DNA of 63,980 bases, the filler included, from Piptocephalis cylindrospora (Eukaryota): the NCBI GenBank assembly GCA_003614145.1. It is 3 parts of 3 records of this genome, joined end to end, with 100 filler letters (N's around TTAATTAATTAA, not from the genome) between each part and the next. Parts side by side here need not be neighbours in the genome. Positions count along the whole stretch, not along the records: positions 1 to 23,928 come from KZ987790.1; 2 more parts are not named here. One strand, 5' to 3'. Shown in pieces: positions 11,108-24,028 of the stretch. The stretch's first letter is position 1. Each line of letters begins with the position of its first letter. The notes beneath the pieces are model-generated. The model saw only the letters and a list, made by a program, of their open reading frames with translations. It ran no database searches and was not told the origin of the DNA. A program made the position numbers and the translations under genes.

Positions 11108-13050
11108 TCAGGAATGTTCCTGAAGCAAGGCGTTGCTCTTCTTGCGCATTTCCCCCATATACATCTGCACTGCAGTCAACTCATCCCCTCCAGCCTGATC
11201 CAATAGGTCCTCTAGTTGCTGCCGGGGGGCATAGGGAAAGAGCCCCATGAGACGATTGAAGGCCTCCTTGTTCCGGAAATTTTGACCTAGTCGATCCTGC
11301 GCCCGCTTCGTTGTGGAATCATCCGGCTTCTTCGCCCGTACCTTGCGGGCTGGAGTCTTCTTGGAGGTGGGGGGAGGGGTGGAGATAGAGGTAGAGGTGG
11401 TTGGTGGAGGTGGAGATGTAGGACTGAGTGTGCTCCGATGGGGCTCAGGAGGACCAGGGGAGGATCCGGGGTATTGCAGGGAGGAGGGAGATCCGATGGT
11501 GGGGATGACAGAGGACACTTTGGCATCCATCCTCGTGGGCTCCTCACTGATCTTTGCTGTGGCCAGCCAGTTCGGCAAGCCTGTCTGCATCTTCTTTAGT
11601 TCTTCATGTTGAGTGACTATGTGAGGGTAGGGGGGAGGGATGAGGGGTTAATGGTAAACATCATCATTATCCCCTTAAGGGGTAGATAATTATTCAACGT
11701 ACGAAAGGTTAGGGTTTGACGACGGGATGAGGAAATACGTTGATCCCTCAGCCATTCGTACCCCTCATTGCCCCTGGGAGTGTCCGGGGAAGAGGGAATT
11801 TCATTCCAATGATAAAAGGAGTTCCTCGACCCGGACTTTTTCAGGGTTGGGGTGGAAGCGGGTGGTAGGGGTGAGTCTACATCAGCTCCATACCTTCCCA
11901 AGGGCACGGCCAAGCCAGAATAGGGGTTTCCTGGGCTAATAATGTCGGGTAGGGAGCCTTTACGGCTCGATACCCCCTTGGGGGGATGAAGGAAGAGGGG
12001 TTTGTTCTTTTGAGAACCACTCTCCTCGGAGGCCCCTCGACTTCTGGCGGTGCGAGGCCAGGTGGCATCAGCAGACCTACAGAATCCCATGGGGAGGAGA
12101 GTGTAAGTGGTGCATTGGGGTAGATGATACGTTCTATCCGGTGAACCTACTGGCTTTGATGGATAGGCGATGGATAGGGAGGGGGGGTGGATGAAAGAAG
12201 AGATTGTGATGCCGTTCCCATTCTCTCTCCGGGGACATCCATTGATTTGGATTGATCCAGGCTATGTTTCCACGCCAATAGAGTCCAGGATGGATAAGTG
12301 GGGTGATAGAATGGATTTACTCTACATCCCCATCCTTCTCCAAAGAGTCACTTACGGTGAATTGGAAAAGACACGAGGAAGGGGGATAGGATCGTCAGCC
12401 TGGCTGTATCTAGTCGCAGATGGAAGGATGGGGAGGATGAGGGACTTTGGATCTGTGTAATAATCCTATTCATCTTCTCATACATACACAGTGTCCCTCC
12501 ATTGGGACGGATCAGGGACATGGGGCGAGGGAGATCTGGATTCCCTGGGGGACAATGAGATCATTAGTATAGGCCAGTGCACATTGGGTCAATGTTCCAC
12601 AGCCTTTATGCCCTGCTAACGATGGATCTACCTAGGGGAGTCCTCATGGAGTCGATCAATAATCCGATCAAAGTCAGAGTCTCCAGGGACCTGAATGGCT
12701 GGGAGAAGATAATTGGAGAGACGTGATACTGCCTTTTCCCCCCCCTTGTTCTGCATTATCCCATCCTCTTTTTCAAAAAGACGGCCTGGGGAGTGGACTG
12801 GAGTGGGTTGGGAAGGAGAAGGAGGAAGGGCAGATGGGGCGCGCCCTGCCCCTTCTTCCTCCCCTCCACGGAAACCCAAGGCACTCTCTAGCTCATCCCC
12901 GACATCCGCCCCAAACCGGACCGGGGGCAGGGCAAACCGGGAAAACCGGTTCGATGACCCCGATCCCGAGAGCGGGGAAGTAGGCGAGGACAGGGTGGCG
13001 TATTGGGGGGAGGTGGAATGTTGTGGTGTTTTTCTGGAAGAGCGGTCCAT
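11108..13050 (-). CDS. Multi-exon low-complexity protein with C-terminal CUE-like domain
   Basis: About six exons can be joined in frame from MDRSSRK (13050); one donor is weak. The last exon ends AFNRLMGLFPYAPRQQLEDLLDQAGGDELTAVQMYM, matching the CUE L..(M/L)FP...L....G....A pattern. Confidence 0.65.
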
Positions 13051-13574
13051 CAAGACAAGGAAAAGGAGGAGGAGAAGGAGGACAAGGAGAAGGAGACAGA
13101 CCGAGGATAATGTAGGAAAGAAAGGAGGATGAGAACGGAGCATCTTGAGACAATCTTTATGCGCCACTCCGGAGTCCCGTCCTTCCAACTCCGCTCCATG
13201 AGGAGCCTGCATCTAGTACATGAGACACAGCGCTGCATGAAGCATTCAATGAAGATACAGCTTTGCAGGCCAAGGAGTGTACTGGTCATCTGGATGTATC
13301 CTTACATGCCATTTCGTTTACAGTCAAGTTCATTAAGATTGACGAACCTTATTTAAGTCAAGGAGAGAAAATGAACTCTTTTCATGTCTGCCATATCTAA
13401 TTCGGGAAAGATCAACCTTCCCCACACCTGCCATACCAAAGGGGGAAGTACTTCGCGGCCTATATTACCGCATACAGGAACACACATGTCCAGTTCAAGG
13501 TAGCAAAGCACACTATATCCAGAAAGGACGCAGAATATCAATTCAAAACAAGAAAAAATGACTAAGGATGGTAA

Positions 13575-14796
13575 TTACACAGAAACCTTGGAGGTGGTCG
13601 ATGGCTCTCGATCCCTCCCCTCCCCCTCCGCATGACCAAGAAGAAAGGCCTTCGCCGACCTTAGAGACAAATGAGAGATTCTTCGGGAATTTCGGTCTTC
13701 TCTGGGCTTTTTAGAGCCAATGCTCCAAAATCCTCCACTCTTCTCGGATCGGTCTTCCTTGCTTGTGGTAGAGGACAAGGACTGCTCCTCGCTTCCACGA
13801 TCCGGTCGGAATTGTTGAAGCTCCTTGATGGTAAACGTCTTTGGTGGGGGAGGGACAGATCCTGCGGGTCGTGGTCGGAAAATGTCCTCCTGGGACGTCT
13901 TTTCTCTTAAGACCCTGGCCAACGGGATGGGGTCCGTGCGGAGAAGGGAGAAAAAGTCCATTTCCTCCTCGTCCGACTCGGACTCTTCTCCGGCTTCCCT
14001 GGTGGGCGCCAGCGTACTGTTCAGATGAAGAGGGGTAGGGTCCGTGATGGAGCCTAGAGCTGGCATAGGGGCCAGCACAGACCGTGTGGTCTTGGACAAG
14101 GCATCATCTAAAGAAAGAGGGGTGGGGTCTGAAGTCCATGGTAATGCATCTAAACTTGGACCAGTCGAAACAGAAGAGGAGAAGGAGGATTCTATAAGCA
14201 ATAGATGGAATCAGCATGGTGAAAGGAGGAAAAAAGAACACTATTTCATTCTCTACTTACTGTTCGATGTAGCTTGCACTGTATCATAGAGGGAAGGGAT
14301 GAGTATAAGACCAAGCCATTTCGGACACCTATTTACAGACGAAGATCTTGCTTACCTGGACTAGGCGGTCGGGAGAAACGACGAAAGGGAAGACGCTTTA
14401 ATCTATCTCGGACATTATCTAGCGATCTACTCCAAGGTCATCCAGATACATGGAGGGTGATGAATGAGTCATGTTGGAGGAGGGATAGATCAACGAAATA
14501 CTATTTCACTTACTTTTGATAGCGGAGACTTGGACGAGGCTTGAGCCCAGACTCCCTTTTAGTGAAGGGGGCTTGACTGGATCGAGTCCTACATGGATCG
14601 ATACTGGGTGAGTGAGGACAAAAAATAATATTATCCTTTCCCTTTTATAAAAGCACAACCGTACTCAGATGGATCGGAATACACGGGGGGAGGGAGAGGA
14701 AATACAGGTGGGCCGGGGCTCAGGCCGACCTGGTGATCCTGGATGGGTGGTTAAGCCAAGGCCCATGGCCGGTACCTCGGGGCTCACTTGCTGCAT
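13575..14796 (-). CDS. Hypothetical multi-exon protein with micro-exons
   Basis: Short exons with GTGAGC/GTACGG/GTAAGT/GTAAGC donors join in frame (MQQ|DHQVGLSPG..SD|IDPC..YQK|SLDNVRDRLKRLPF..|VQATSN|KSSF..) onto the 13575-14191 exon. The 3' end is uncertain. Confidence 0.55.
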
Positions 14797-16078
14797 AAGG
14801 CTAGAGTTTCAGTAGGGAACAAGAGATGGAGGGAGGGGAAGGGGGGAGAGGGGGCAAAAAGGAAGAAGTGGAGGGAGGAAGGTGGAAGCAGAGGTGCGAG
14901 TGACAGTGTCTTTCCTCGTCCCTGGCTATAAAACTCTCTTCCTGTCCCTGGTCCTTTAGGGTCCTATTGGGGTGGATATCGCAGGTAGAACGATCTCCTT
15001 GCCCCATCTATCCTCCACCCCCATTCTCTTCCGACATTAAATGAACAGCGGAGTCTAAACCTTCGGAGAAAAAACGATTGAGTCATCGCCAATGTCTAGT
15101 ATGTGGAGAGGGAGAGGGGCCCAAGACTCGCCTTTGGGAATAACTGGCTCAGGAAGGCATGACGAGCTGGGCTATGAATAGGATGAGAGGGGGGGGGCAC
15201 AGGATTGACGAGAAAGGCTGCCAAGATGTGCAGATATCATGAGAATAGATGATTGGCCACTACCTTCTTCTCAGTCCTATCATAGCTTGCCTAATCACAG
15301 AAAGGAGGATGACCCAGTCCAGCGGAGTTGGGAACGAGTCTCCGATCTTGGAGAGAAGAAAAGGGAAAAGAGTCGGAGTCGATATTTCAAGGACGATAAA
15401 GTCCGACGTTTTCCCAGATTTGGCTGGATTGGGACATCAACGACGATCCTTCAGGGCATACGAGGCCAAGAATGAAAAAGAATGTCATTTTCCAAATTCG
15501 ACTTTTTTCCATGTCTATCCAGGATCCCTTTGCACCTCAGCTCACCCCTTGTCATCAAGCCCTTCTCTACACCTTCCCTCTATGATCACCTTTGCACATC
15601 TTTGACAGGGAGGAGGTGGGGCTCTGGTGGTGCTCCCCCCTCCCCCGTAGTGTGAAACTCCTGCAGCTGTGGAAAGGAGGTGGAGAGTGTGCCAAGCTTG
15701 ACCGGGTGCTTCTACAATGGCTTATCCCCTACACCAAGGCCTTTCAGTCATTGTTTCTCTCCTTTTCCCTCGCATCCCAATATTCCCTTCTTCCTTCTTG
15801 CCCTCACTTCTCTTATACTTTCGTTTTTCAGCTGAGTGGTTTCATCTCTTTCTGATGCAACCTACTCCTCAGCCTACAAGATAATCAATCACTCTTTATT
15901 CTATTCTTAGTACCTTAACTTGGTCATCTCGGCATATAGTTCCCCTCGGCGATCTTGACACTATCTACCCAGGCTATATCTCTTCTTCTTGCGCATACAT
16001 AGCCTTTTCCACGAACTCCCCCCCCTCTTCCCCTACCTTCTTTGGATTCAGCCTGCTCTTTAAACCAGCTTCTTCTCC

Positions 16079-17149
16079 ATGACCCCCGCCATCCCTAGAC
16101 AGGACCTTTCTACTCCTCGGTCCATCCAACCCTCAGGGACAAAACAATATGACTCGGCCGCATGGATAGAGTCCATGCCTGCTCGGCCCTCTACTGCTTC
16201 CTCCTCTACTTCCTATTGTCCTGGATCCCTTGAGCATGATCTGGCTCTCGCTTACTTTACTGGAAGAGGAACATCCCATTCAGAAGATGGAGGGGGCCTG
16301 AAACGACCACCGTCCCTACCCCCTCTTCCCTTTCAAACATCTTCCCTATCCCCGGGCCTACTGCCCACTTTGACCGATCCTTCAGCTACCCTCCCAAGGC
16401 CGGATCGTGTCATGAGGACTTCTCGACCTCTTTCCTTCCCATACTCACCATCCCCCCACAAGTCCTCCATCCCACCTCAGCCTCCAGCTCTGATCCTTCC
16501 CCCGGAATCCCCTTCCTCAAAGGCCTTGTCCAGCTCGGTGCCCCATATCACTTCTTCCAACGGGGCTGATTCGCTACGAAAAACTGCCATCACCCAATCG
16601 GCTTTGCTACATACTCCCCAGCAACCTGAGCTGTCCCATCCCCCAGATCCTTCGGCTTACCTGGCCGTATTTGATGATGAGGAGATGCGAAGGTGTGGCG
16701 AGGGGATTTACGATCCCTCCCATTCCCGGTCCCCTTCGTCCGCTTCCTCTCATACCCCATTCCTGGGTCCAGGATCCACATCGGCTTACGCTACCCATTT
16801 CTCCCCGGCCTCTTCCTCTTCTTCCCTCTCCAATGCCTCGAGCTTGGTGGGCCGAGCGACGGGAAGGGTTCCGGGATCCTGGGGTCTTCATCCTGGGGCC
16901 CTACTCTTTCTCACCGGCTTCATTCTCTTTCCGCTCTGGTGGGTCGGAGCCCTCCTTCCTATTCGACCGGTGACATCCACCTCTCCCTCGGAAAAGTCCC
17001 GGATACGACAGAGGTATGGGGGCGAGGCGGCGGCTCGAAGAGTGGCCCGACGCTGGAGGACATATAATCGGTACATGTCCGTCTTTAGTCTCCTTTTGGT
17101 CATTGGGGCCGTAGCCCTGATCATCTGGTGGCTCAAAGGCGACTTTTAA
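16079..17149 (+). CDS. Hypothetical membrane protein: Ser/Pro-rich N-terminus, two C-terminal TM segments
   Basis: 356-aa ORF ending LLFLTGFILFPLWWVGA...RRWRTYNRYMSVFSLLLVIGAVALIIWW. Confidence 0.75.
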   Translation: MTPAIPRQDLSTPRSIQPSGTKQYDSAAWIESMPARPSTASSSTSYCPGSLEHDLALAYFTGRGTSHSEDGGGLKRPPSLPPLPFQTSSLSPGLLPTLTDPSATLPRPDRVMRTSRPLSFPYSPSPHKSSIPPQPPALILPPESPSSKALSSSVPHITSSNGADSLRKTAITQSALLHTPQQPELSHPPDPSAYLAVFDDEEMRRCGEGIYDPSHSRSPSSASSHTPFLGPGSTSAYATHFSPASSSSSLSNASSLVGRATGRVPGSWGLHPGALLFLTGFILFPLWWVGALLPIRPVTSTSPSEKSRIRQRYGGEAAARRVARRWRTYNRYMSVFSLLLVIGAVALIIWWLKGDF

Positions 17150-17325
17150 TTATTTACCTTGCGCAAGCAAGAGGCAGAGTCTCTCTCCCCCCTCTCTCTC
17201 CTTATATGTGTGACCTCATGTACTAATCATCGTCTCGTTCAATGCAGCAAGATCATCCATGAAATGATAATCGAGATATTGTTGCTTAACAGAAAGATTC
17301 CTTATTATCCTTCTCTTTCCTTCTT

Positions 17326-19479
17326 TCACACTTTGTTGGCCTTTTCACGCACAATTAGACCGTATAGATCATCCAAGGACTGAGCAATGGCTTGAACCAT
17401 GGTATCGGCTCCATTGATGCTTTCTTGCGTATCTACCCCAGAGTCCTTCCAGATGGAAATACTGGCCTTGATGCCCTCTCGACCTAGACTGTAATTAATA
17501 CCATATCCATCCTGGACGACGGGGGCAAAGCCTCCGTAAAAGGCGTCCCCTGGGCTCATGTTGGAGGAGGAAAGACGAAAGGATTGACTGTAGGTATAGG
17601 CCGGGTCCAGGAAGATGCCAGCCTCTTCGGTCTCCTCGGGACCCTGAAGCTGGCATCGGAGACCTAAGAGATGCCTATCCACGCCGTTTCCCGTGGAGGC
17701 CGCCTTCATGTACTCGAGATGGGAGGTTAAGGCGTTGGACAAGGCATGCATCTTGTCGGCGTCGGAGGCGCAGGGATCCTCAATGGTGCGGGTAAAGGCC
17801 ACACTCTCCACTGAGCAGGATCTGACCGTCTCCGTCCGACCATGCAGGAAGCCACGTGTGGAGGCACTTTCATAGGTGGGGCACGGGGATCCATGAATAC
17901 GAAAGTATGCGAGTTGCAAGGCCATCTGCATAAAGGCATCCGGGGACACTTTCATGCTCTTTAGGGCATCCGTCCCAAATTCATGATGATGCAAAAGACG
18001 ACACTGGATTTGGGCACTAAAAGCCTTTGCATTTTTTCGGGCATTTTGAATCGTAGACCTCAGGCGATCATCCAGATCCCAGTTTAGGGCCTTGGGCTGG
18101 GGGAGGGTTTCGGAGGAGGAGGAAGGCTTTTCTTTAGACATATAGGCCTCAAACTCGGCTTGGATAATGGAATTGAAAAAGTTACCGGGTATGACGGCAT
18201 CCGCAGAGGTGTGCTCCCCATTGACGCCTAACTTGCCATCCGGGGAAAGGATGAATTGGAGAGTCTTATCGTACCATCGGTTCCTTCCGCCATTGGCGTG
18301 GAAGAGATGGGCGGCAAAGTCATCTGGTGACATGTCAGACCCCTCAGTGTCCAGACAAACAGCAAAGAGGGCTTGGTCAATGACGTCTAGGGAGTGTTGG
18401 TTGGTGTGGGATAGGGCTTGAAGATGCTCTCTAGCCTCTGCCCAAACATCCCTATTTTCTGTGGTGAGGATGCCGGGAAAAGGTGTCTTGAGAGGAGTTG
18501 TTTCCTTGTTCGTCATCTCCATCACTTGGTCCAGTTGTCTGATTATCGAAAAGGGCCGGATGGTTAATGTACATCATTCCCTCTCTCTTAATTATCCCGA
18601 AAGCCCCTACCTTTCAATGGCCTTTGTGGATAGCCTATTTCCATTGGCCGCATAGACGGGAACCTCAAAAGCAGTGTCCCCACACATAACGACAATGTGC
18701 TTTGCTGTAGCGGGATAAGGGTTGTGTAGGGTATCGGCCCTAGGCTGAGCTATGCGCGAACCTCCCAGTTGCTTTCGATACTGATCCATACACAGGGGTT
18801 GACCACGGATTTCCTCTACTGGAAGCTCTTGACTATTCTCCGATAAACAAGGAGAAAAAAATGAATGAATGAATGACTGAGCGAGCGAATGAGTGAGGAT
18901 GACCATGTTTATGGACAGGACTTACGCATTGATTTGGTCGTTGATATCAAGAAGATAGGTGATCATTCGTGCAGCCCGACGACGCTGATAAGAAGTGACG
19001 TGGTTGGGGGAAGGTTGGGCTAATCCATAGGGTGGGTCTCGTAATTTACACCACCAATTCACATTGATGTATGATGGCTCCCTCCATTCGAGGTAGCCCT
19101 TGGAGAGCCAAATGTCTTCGAGCCACGAGGCAGGGGCTTCCTTGTCCACCTGAACTAGACGCGCTTGAAGCCGCTCACCCAGACCTCCAGGGGCAATGAA
19201 GGACTCAACGGCGCTCTTGGATCTGTCTAGCTCAGTAGGTTTCAACAAGGGTTCCAGGGACCTTAGATATCTCGTAGCCGTGTCCTCCAAGCGAGGGATG
19301 GGGAGGCGTGGGATGCTGGATTGGTTGGCAAAGGTGGGTGTGTCCTGCTTGGCTCGCTCGAACCTGGGAGCAAAAGTGGCCAGGAGCCGTAGGGTCGGGT
19401 ACTTGACTGAAGCCTGCCTCAACCCATGAGGAGTTTGGTTCAAAGAGCGAGCAAGGAGTGGATGGACTAGGCCTGGCAT
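17326..19479 (-). CDS. Carnitine O-acyltransferase (choline/carnitine acyltransferase family), 3 exons, likely mitochondrial presequence
   Basis: IPRLPIPRLEDTATRYL, WLEDIWLSKGYLEWR, NRWYDK, catalytic GEHTSAD, SPDAFMQMALQLAY, TYESASTRGFLHGRTET, GVDRHLLGL, GGFAPVVQDGYGINY. Arg/Leu-rich N-terminus lacking acidic residues. Confidence 0.93.
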
Positions 19480-20312
19480 GGTAGGAAGGGAAAAGAGAAG
19501 AGGGAGATGTCGCGAAGAAGGGGACACAGCAGTATGACGTTAGCACCGCTCGCTTTATAGGCAGTCTTGGAACGGGAGTTGAACCTTCCGAAGCCAGTGT
19601 GGTCAGAGCGATATGCGTGAGAGAGATGGCTGGCGAGCGGTTGGGAGGGGGGGGAATTGTGGGGCTTTTAACTCTGGGCGTATGCTGGAGACTGCATGGA
19701 CATTGGTATGGGGAGCGCGGAGAGTGAACATGATAAATCACACGCTCAATCATGTGTCTCACATGTCAAAAGGAAGAGGTGGGGGGGGGATGATAGTGGC
19801 GGATTGTCATGATCAAGCCTCTCGATGAGGAGAGAGAGAGAGCGTATAGCCGCCTAGAGACGGGTTTGTTCGAGCAACGTGTACCTATACTTAAAGTATT
19901 CTCGACCTTAAGGATAATAAGGTTGGATAATTAGTCGTAGGGGAGGTAAGTTTGCTGCTAGTCCTCTTTCCCTTCAAATCAATGGACAGGGTGGTGGGTG
20001 GCATGAATACACACACAGAGAGAAGGGATGGCGGCCCCTATGGTAAGGATAATAGCTCTCAAAGTGAGAGGGAGGGTCAACCCTAATCCTCTATATAGTT
20101 CAAGCTAAATGTTCACGCTCTACATATATCAATCACACCAAGTCAAAAAGATATGAATAAAATTCACAGCACATGCAGAGAGAGAGAGAGAGCCAACAAG
20201 TTCAATTTGTATTGATTGACGCCATTTTATGTATATATCCTCAGGAGTGACGAGAGGTAGGAGAAATAGCATCACACGAATGTGAGAGAGGCATATCTAA
20301 GCGTCCTACACT

Positions 20313-20960
20313 TTAGCACTCGGACCAGGTGATGGGGACACGGCCCTGGGCGGGATCGGCGATCTGGTTGAAGGCCGCGGGGGAAAGGTCGAGATCACCC
20401 TGGGAGCAGCCGGGACACTTGTCAACGACAGTGACAGAGGTCTGACCCTTGGGGCCAGTGACGCAAAGCTTCTTCCCGCAAGAGGCGGAGACACCACGGC
20501 GGGTAAGACCACCACCGCCATCGTACTGGGGGGCGTTCATGGCGGCGACCATCTCAGAGTTGGAGTTGGTGTTACCGCAGGCTCCGAGGCCAACATCGTA
20601 GTAAGTACCCTGGCCGGAGTTGCCAGCGCGCTTTCCGAGGTCAGTGGCCTGAGCAGCGGGGGCAGAGGTCTCGCCCTGGGACCCGGAGGGGGCAGCAGAG
20701 GAGGATTCAGCAGCGGAGGCGGAGGGCTCTTCAGAGGTGGTGGAGGTGGCCTCACCAGCAGAGAAGGTACCGTTGATCTGAGTACCGTTGGCCAGGGTGG
20801 CGCCGATGATGGTGCCGTTGGTCAGAGTACCGTTGGTAATGGCGACAGTGTTGGAGTCGGTGGAGGTGGAGTTGTCGCTGGTGGTCACGTTGAAGGGGTT
20901 AGCAGCAACGGTGAGGGCACCAGTGGCGAGGAGGGCGAGGATGGAGACGGAGGTATGCAT
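20313..20960 (-). CDS. Secreted expansin-like / RlpA-type double-psi beta-barrel protein (loosenin-like)
   Basis: Signal peptide, Thr/Ser/Asn-rich linker, KR site, then GQGTYYDVGLGACG...CGKKLCV...VVDKCPGCSQGDLDLSPAAF...GRVPITW. Confidence 0.9.
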   Translation of the reverse strand: MHTSVSILALLATGALTVAANPFNVTTSDNSTSTDSNTVAITNGTLTNGTIIGATLANGTQINGTFSAGEATSTTSEEPSASAAESSSAAPSGSQGETSAPAAQATDLGKRAGNSGQGTYYDVGLGACGNTNSNSEMVAAMNAPQYDGGGGLTRRGVSASCGKKLCVTGPKGQTSVTVVDKCPGCSQGDLDLSPAAFNQIADPAQGRVPITWSEC

Positions 20961-23577
20961 GATGATGGATGAGGATGTAATAAGCGGATGAGTGGTGGTG
21001 GGAAGGAGGAGGAACGGCTCGTCAGATTCAAGTGCTTCAGGAAGCCAATGTGGCCTTTTGTGAGCTAGCGGCCGGGTATATCCGGTCTCAGAAGACGTCC
21101 AAATCCTCGGAACAGCCCAAGTGGGTATCTCGAGTAAAGCAGTATATCTTGGGGCTTTTTCGGGGGGATACCCTGGAGGGCCAGGCCACCGAGGAGGATG
21201 GAAGGGAAAAGGAAGCTTTAGTTGTAGGTCTTTCTACCAAGAGAGAGAAGAGGAAGCATATGGACTCCCTACTTACCCATATGCTTTGGATAGAGCCAAA
21301 GCTACCTTACATCACTTCTCCCAGCCATTTGGACCCTACTACAGGGACTCTCCACTGAGGAAGAACAAGCTACCTTGCTCGAGGTAAGGATCCTAGGTAT
21401 ATTATATGGCGTACGACCTATTAGGCTCACTCGTCTCTCCTCTCATATAGGCCTTTATTGGTTTCTCGGAGAGAAGCAGGGTCGAGAGTGGTACGAGAAG
21501 GTTATGTGTTACGTTCCTCTCCTGGGCCATCCATATCCAGGGAAATCCTCAGTATGTAGGGTCGTTTCGAAGGGTGGGGAGGATCAGAGAGATCTTGGAT
21601 CAATGGGTTCTCTCCCTTCCCAAACTTCTATGGAGGGCGGGTCCTGGAAGTGTGGGGCTCCATCCCATCCTTCAAGCCACCTGCCAAGCCATTCAAGCAA
21701 CGATGCTTCAACCAACAAGCGAGAAGGACATGGCGGCCCTGTCCCGCAGCTTACAGCTTTCTTTGGTTCCCTACTTTTATGTGACGTTGCCCCAGAAAGG
21801 TATGTGGTATGGTAGATACATGGGATAAATCTTTAGCCAACCCTTTCCTCTCCCGATCACTCTAGGCCCCCTTTACGGACCCTTTTTGGACCTCTCTCGC
21901 CCTAATCAAATGAAAGTATTGGGAATGCTTTGGTGGCTTCGTCGGGACACTCGATCAATGGAGGTAAAGGGACAAAGCATAGAGGATGATTCGACGAGCA
22001 GTGGATCAGTAGCCTTGGAGCAACGGCTACTCCAGGCTGTGGAAGCCTGTTTGAATGGTGAGCTCACCCGTCTTTCTGCAACCGGAACTCCCACATTCTT
22101 TTACTCACACCCCTTCTCTAACAATTAGCGGATAAATGTCCCAAGGCAATGGCTCATTTTGGTCGGGACATGCTGGCCACCATTACTTCATTCGACTGTT
22201 GATCCTTCTTGTGCCTCCTCTTTTCTAAAGACAGTGGTGAAATGGGGCGGCGGAGGCCCTGAGGAAAGGAGGTGATAGCCTCCTAGAGATTGGTAGTCAG
22301 CATTAACCAATACAAATACGATTATTCAGTTACGTCGCTACTCTTTATGCCATTACTTCGACCCCTCCTACACACCTCTACGGGTATTAATAAAAGAAAG
22401 TATGGCGATCCCAGCCTCCCACTCACGTCCCACTATTCTTCTTAGCAATTGAGGGAAATGGAGAACATTGGACAAGGTCCGTAAACTTGGCAAGACCGCA
22501 GGAAAAACCTTGAATCCCCCTATTCACATCTCATTCCCACACAGTTAAAGTGTCACCGTGATTAAAAACGCCACCCATCAGGTTACCCTCCCGCGTGCTT
22601 TATTTTCACTACCATGCGCCTTCTGAGGCCACGTTCTCTCCACACAACGCCTTTTCCTCATCATCGAGACGATAATGAATAGCAAGTTCGCCATTAGGGT
22701 AGGGTAAGTCGTAGGTGTGTAAGCAGGACGTGCCTGGAGAGCGGTATCACGATGATGGATCGTGGAGTGTCATCTGTACATACAGTGGACGTGGGAAAGA
22801 ACATGACTTTCCACGCCCTTTTTCAGCTAGTTAGCAAGGCGCTCCTGAATGTGCCATGCAGATTGTCCCTGTGGTTGTGGTTTACTATGCAGGCTATCTC
22901 TGTGGCCATGGCTTACTCTGTGTTCTGTGCGCATGTATGTGTGTGTATGTATGTAATAAGTACAGGCTGCCAAGGCTTGTCTATCCTATAACTCTCTTCC
23001 CTTCCCCATATCCATAGAGGAGTATTCCCGCGCATAGACCTCTCCTCCAATAAAGACATTACACGACTTGCCAAGCCCCCATGTCATACGCACACGTCTA
23101 GATAAAATGACCCCGTTCATTCCCTTCATCCAACCAGGACTGCTCCAAAGGAGATGTATGAATGGTCCATTCCACTGGCTAGATCTTATGTGACCATCAT
23201 CCCCACCTTTCCCTTGGTGTGTCTATATCCTGCCCATGTCTGTCCCCAACATCTGTCTTTTCCCCGTACCCACACCCTCCTTGTCGTATAGAGCCATGTG
23301 CAAGAGTGAACCGATTGGTTTGTGCAATGTCAGTATCCGATTGGCCCTTATTCCCCGACACCCAGTAGAATGGGATAATGGTTATTCCTCCTTGTGCACG
23401 GATCGTAACTCCCGCCTCCTTTACCGCGCACGACGAAATTCATGCCCCATTTTTGCCAAGAAAAATTTTGACGAGGATCTCTCTCCCCTCAAGGTTCTTT
23501 CGTAAGAGGACGGATGAAGTGTCTTGGCCATCATTGGTAGGAAAGGGCTCCTTGCCCTCCTTTCCCCTCCCTCCCCT

Positions 23578-23698
23578 CTTATCCAATATGCATGATACCC
23601 AACTTTCTTATCCAATATGCATGATACCCCACTTTCTTATCCAATATGCATGATACCCCACTTTCTTATCTAAAGTGCATGATACCCCACTTTCTTAT
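23578..23698. repeat. 29-bp minisatellite, ~4 copies (CTTATCCAATATGCATGATACCCCACTTT)
   Basis: Three near-identical copies plus one variant, read directly. Confidence 0.92.
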
Positions 23699-23873
23699 TC
23701 CTATCCATTCCTTTCCCCTTACTAGATTTCATACATCTACAGGCCCATTTCCTCCTCATCCAACAAGTATAAAAGGCCTCCATACTCATCGACTTGTATC
23801 CAGCTCCCAACCCTTCTCATCCTCCATCCTTCCCTTCACCCTTCATTACATCTACACCTTCCATCTTTGCCCA

Positions 23874-23928
23874 TCCTTCCCACCACCACTCATCCGCTTA
23901 TTACATCCTCATCCATCATCATGCATAC
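23874..23928 (+). repeat. 55-bp perfect inverted copy of 20953-21007 (leader plus ATGCATAC of the expansin-like gene); probable start of a second gene copy at 23921
   Basis: TCCTTCCCACCACCACTCATCCGCTTATTACATCCTCATCCATCATCATGCATAC equals the reverse complement of 20953-21007 and ends at the N gap. TATAAAA lies at 23768. Confidence 0.85.
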
Positions 23929-24028
23929 NNNNNNNNNNNNNNNNNNNNNNNNNNNNNNNNNNNNNNNNNNNNTTAATTAATTAANNNNNNNNNNNNNNNN
24001 NNNNNNNNNNNNNNNNNNNNNNNNNNNN
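23929..24028. other. Assembly gap / artificial contig spacer
   Basis: N44-TTAATTAATTAA-N44, which has stops in all six frames. Confidence 0.97.

Noticed and set aside
17305..17328. Stop-readthrough peroxisomal extension of the carnitine acyltransferase
   Set aside because: The TGA is not followed by CTA, and the extension (KKEREG) has no PTS1.
23578..23698. 29-bp repeats as a possible CRISPR array
   Set aside because: Head-to-tail units with no spacers, eukaryotic context and no cas genes.
23973..23984. Palindromic TTAATTAATTAA inside N runs (also 47869-47880)
   Set aside because: Artificial six-frame-stop spacer. Adjacency across it is not guaranteed.
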